DNA of 64,000 nucleotides, taken from an uncultured delta proteobacterium (GTDB taxonomy: Bacteria > Myxococcota > Myxococcia > Myxococcales > Myxococcaceae). How positions within the stretch are numbered: the stretch's first letter is position 1; each line of letters starts with the position of its first letter. The stretch covers positions 46,767 to 110,766 of the forward strand of contig CAVXCY010000001.1 in the NCBI GenBank assembly GCA_963760425.1, given 5' to 3'. A program made the position numbers and the translations under genes. Shown piece by piece: positions 62,693-64,000 of this stretch. Below the pieces are notes generated by a model, which saw nothing but the letters and a program-made list of their open reading frames with translations, was not told the origin of the DNA and did no database searches.

Positions 62693-63679
62693 TCACCCTC
62701 TGCCCAGCCGGAGTTCGACCGCCCGGGACTGGTAGCCAGGCGGAGCCGCCGCTGGGGGCGCGGTGAGAAAGGCGGCCACCACTCGGGCTAGCACTTCGCG
62801 CAGAGCCGTGTTGCGAAAGCCGAGCTCCGCCCTGGCCAAGGAGGGCTCCAGGTAGGACATCCACCGGGTACTGAAGGGTGAGACATCCCGCAGCCGAAGC
62901 CCGGCGCCGCTGATGGCCTCCGCTGGGAGCGCGACGCGTCGCTCCGGAGCCCCCAGCGCCTCAGACAGCAGTCCGAGCAGGTCCCAGAGCGGTGGTGCCT
63001 CCCACTGCGCCAAGTTGAACGCCCGCCCGAAGACACGCCTGTCCCCAAGCATTGAGGCAAGGGCGTCAGCCACATCCAGCCCGTACACGTGGCGGCAGAC
63101 TTCCTGCCCGCCGTCCGGGACGAGCAACGGCCCACCATCGAGGAGCCGCCACAGGTAGCCGTCCAGCCGCCGGTAGTAGTCCCGCTCGCCAAGCACCATC
63201 GGGATGCGAAGGCGCGTGGAGGGGAAGTCGGGCGCCCGGAGAAGCACCTCTTCACAGCGTCGCTTCAGCACGCCATAGCTCCACTCCTCCAGCGTCTCGG
63301 GGTCCTCCGGCTGTGCCATCAGGGTGCCCTCGAAGTCGGTTTCGCGCGCGGGGCGTGGGCACGCCTCGCGGACAAGGTACACCTGCCCGGTACTGATGAA
63401 GATGTAGTGGCCGACCCTCCCGCGCAGAACGCGGAGGGCTCGCTCCACCTCCTCCGGGCGGTAGGCGGCGAAGTCCACCACTGCGTCGAAGTGTCTGCCG
63501 GCGAGGGCGCTGTCGAAGGTGTCCTTCCCGCGGTCACCCCGAAGTCTCTCGACCGCTGAACCGAGGCCGTCCGGCGTGACGCCACGGTTGAGCACTGTCA
63601 GCCGGTGCCCCTGGGCGACGAGGCGCAGCGCGAGGAAGTGGCCGACGAACCTGGTGCCGCCAATGAGCAGGACCTTCAT
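62693..63679 (-). CDS. NAD-dependent epimerase/dehydratase (extended SDR)
   Basis: MKVLLIGGTRFVGHFL Rossmann motif. ATG 63679 chosen inside the longer ORF. Confidence 0.85.
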   Translation of the reverse strand: MKVLLIGGTRFVGHFLALRLVAQGHRLTVLNRGVTPDGLGSAVERLRGDRGKDTFDSALAGRHFDAVVDFAAYRPEEVERALRVLRGRVGHYIFISTGQVYLVREACPRPARETDFEGTLMAQPEDPETLEEWSYGVLKRRCEEVLLRAPDFPSTRLRIPMVLGERDYYRRLDGYLWRLLDGGPLLVPDGGQEVCRHVYGLDVADALASMLGDRRVFGRAFNLAQWEAPPLWDLLGLLSEALGAPERRVALPAEAISGAGLRLRDVSPFSTRWMSYLEPSLARAELGFRNTALREVLARVVAAFLTAPPAAAPPGYQSRAVELRLGRG

Positions 63680-63783
63680 GCCCGGAGAGTTCACCACGGC
63701 CGTCTCCGCCCAGGCACTACCCCCGATGGGCAGCCTCCCCCCCGCGCCGCCCCAGGGACGCCGCAGCCGCCAGGGGGAGAAGC

Positions 63784-64000
63784 TCAGGTGCGCGTGGCCT
63801 GGGCTGGGCCGGGGGAGTACTTGATGACGCGGACCTTTTCCACGGTGACCAGCCCGTCGCTGACCATCGCGTCGATGATGGGCAACATGCGCTCGATGTG
63901 CTCCGGCGTGTCGACCACTTCCACCACCACTGGCAGGTCCTCCGATAGGCCGAGCAGGTGGGTGCTGTGGACGACGCTCCGCGCACCGTAGCCGCACACG
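63784..64000 (-). CDS. DUF190 (UPF0166) family protein, 5' end outside the window
   Basis: C-terminal sequence LLGLSEDLPVVVEVVDTPEHIERMLPIIDAMVSDGLVTVEKVRVIKY matches the DUF190 pattern. The ORF runs off the window edge. Confidence 0.6.
   Translation of the reverse strand, partial: VCGYGARSVVHSTHLLGLSEDLPVVVEVVDTPEHIERMLPIIDAMVSDGLVTVEKVRVIKYSPGPAQATRT

Overview
Very GC-rich window (nearly every codon ends in G/C), densely coding, with no rRNA, tRNA, CRISPR array, transposase or integrase that I can see. MYXO-CTERM-like protein tails and a complete aibR-aibA-aibB-aibC-mvaS operon point to a myxobacterium (Cystobacterineae-like); that assignment is an inference. Most genes are core metabolism or housekeeping. 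They include a tkt-tal-zwf-glk-rpe pentose-phosphate operon, gdh, a DEAD-box helicase, a sigma-32-like sigma factor, dnaE, sodC, ohr, tatA/B-tatC, mtnA plus a class II aldolase, mrp/apbC and glgP. There is also a Tat-exported, selenocysteine-containing formate dehydrogenase operon (fdnGHI-fdhE). The less ordinary parts are: (1) a lipoprotein followed by two paralogous PA-domain HEXXH proteins with MYXO-CTERM tails, behind a candidate sigma-54 promoter; (2) an 847-aa proline-rich repeat protein; (3) a DUF4159 / double-TM vWA / MA-peptidase-TPR module; (4) a solitary M.TaqI-like N6-adenine methyltransferase apparently co-transcribed with sodC, followed by a small phage-type zinc-ribbon protein; (5) a TatC with a ~160-aa loop insertion; (6) a sigma factor with a basic N-terminal tail. 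Three genes (MFS transporter, tatA/B, peptidase-TPR) have single-base reading-frame breaks, which look more like assembly errors than decay. I cannot name one clearly novel system. The best candidates are flagged with moderate interest, and all family assignments come from motif recognition by eye, not from searches.
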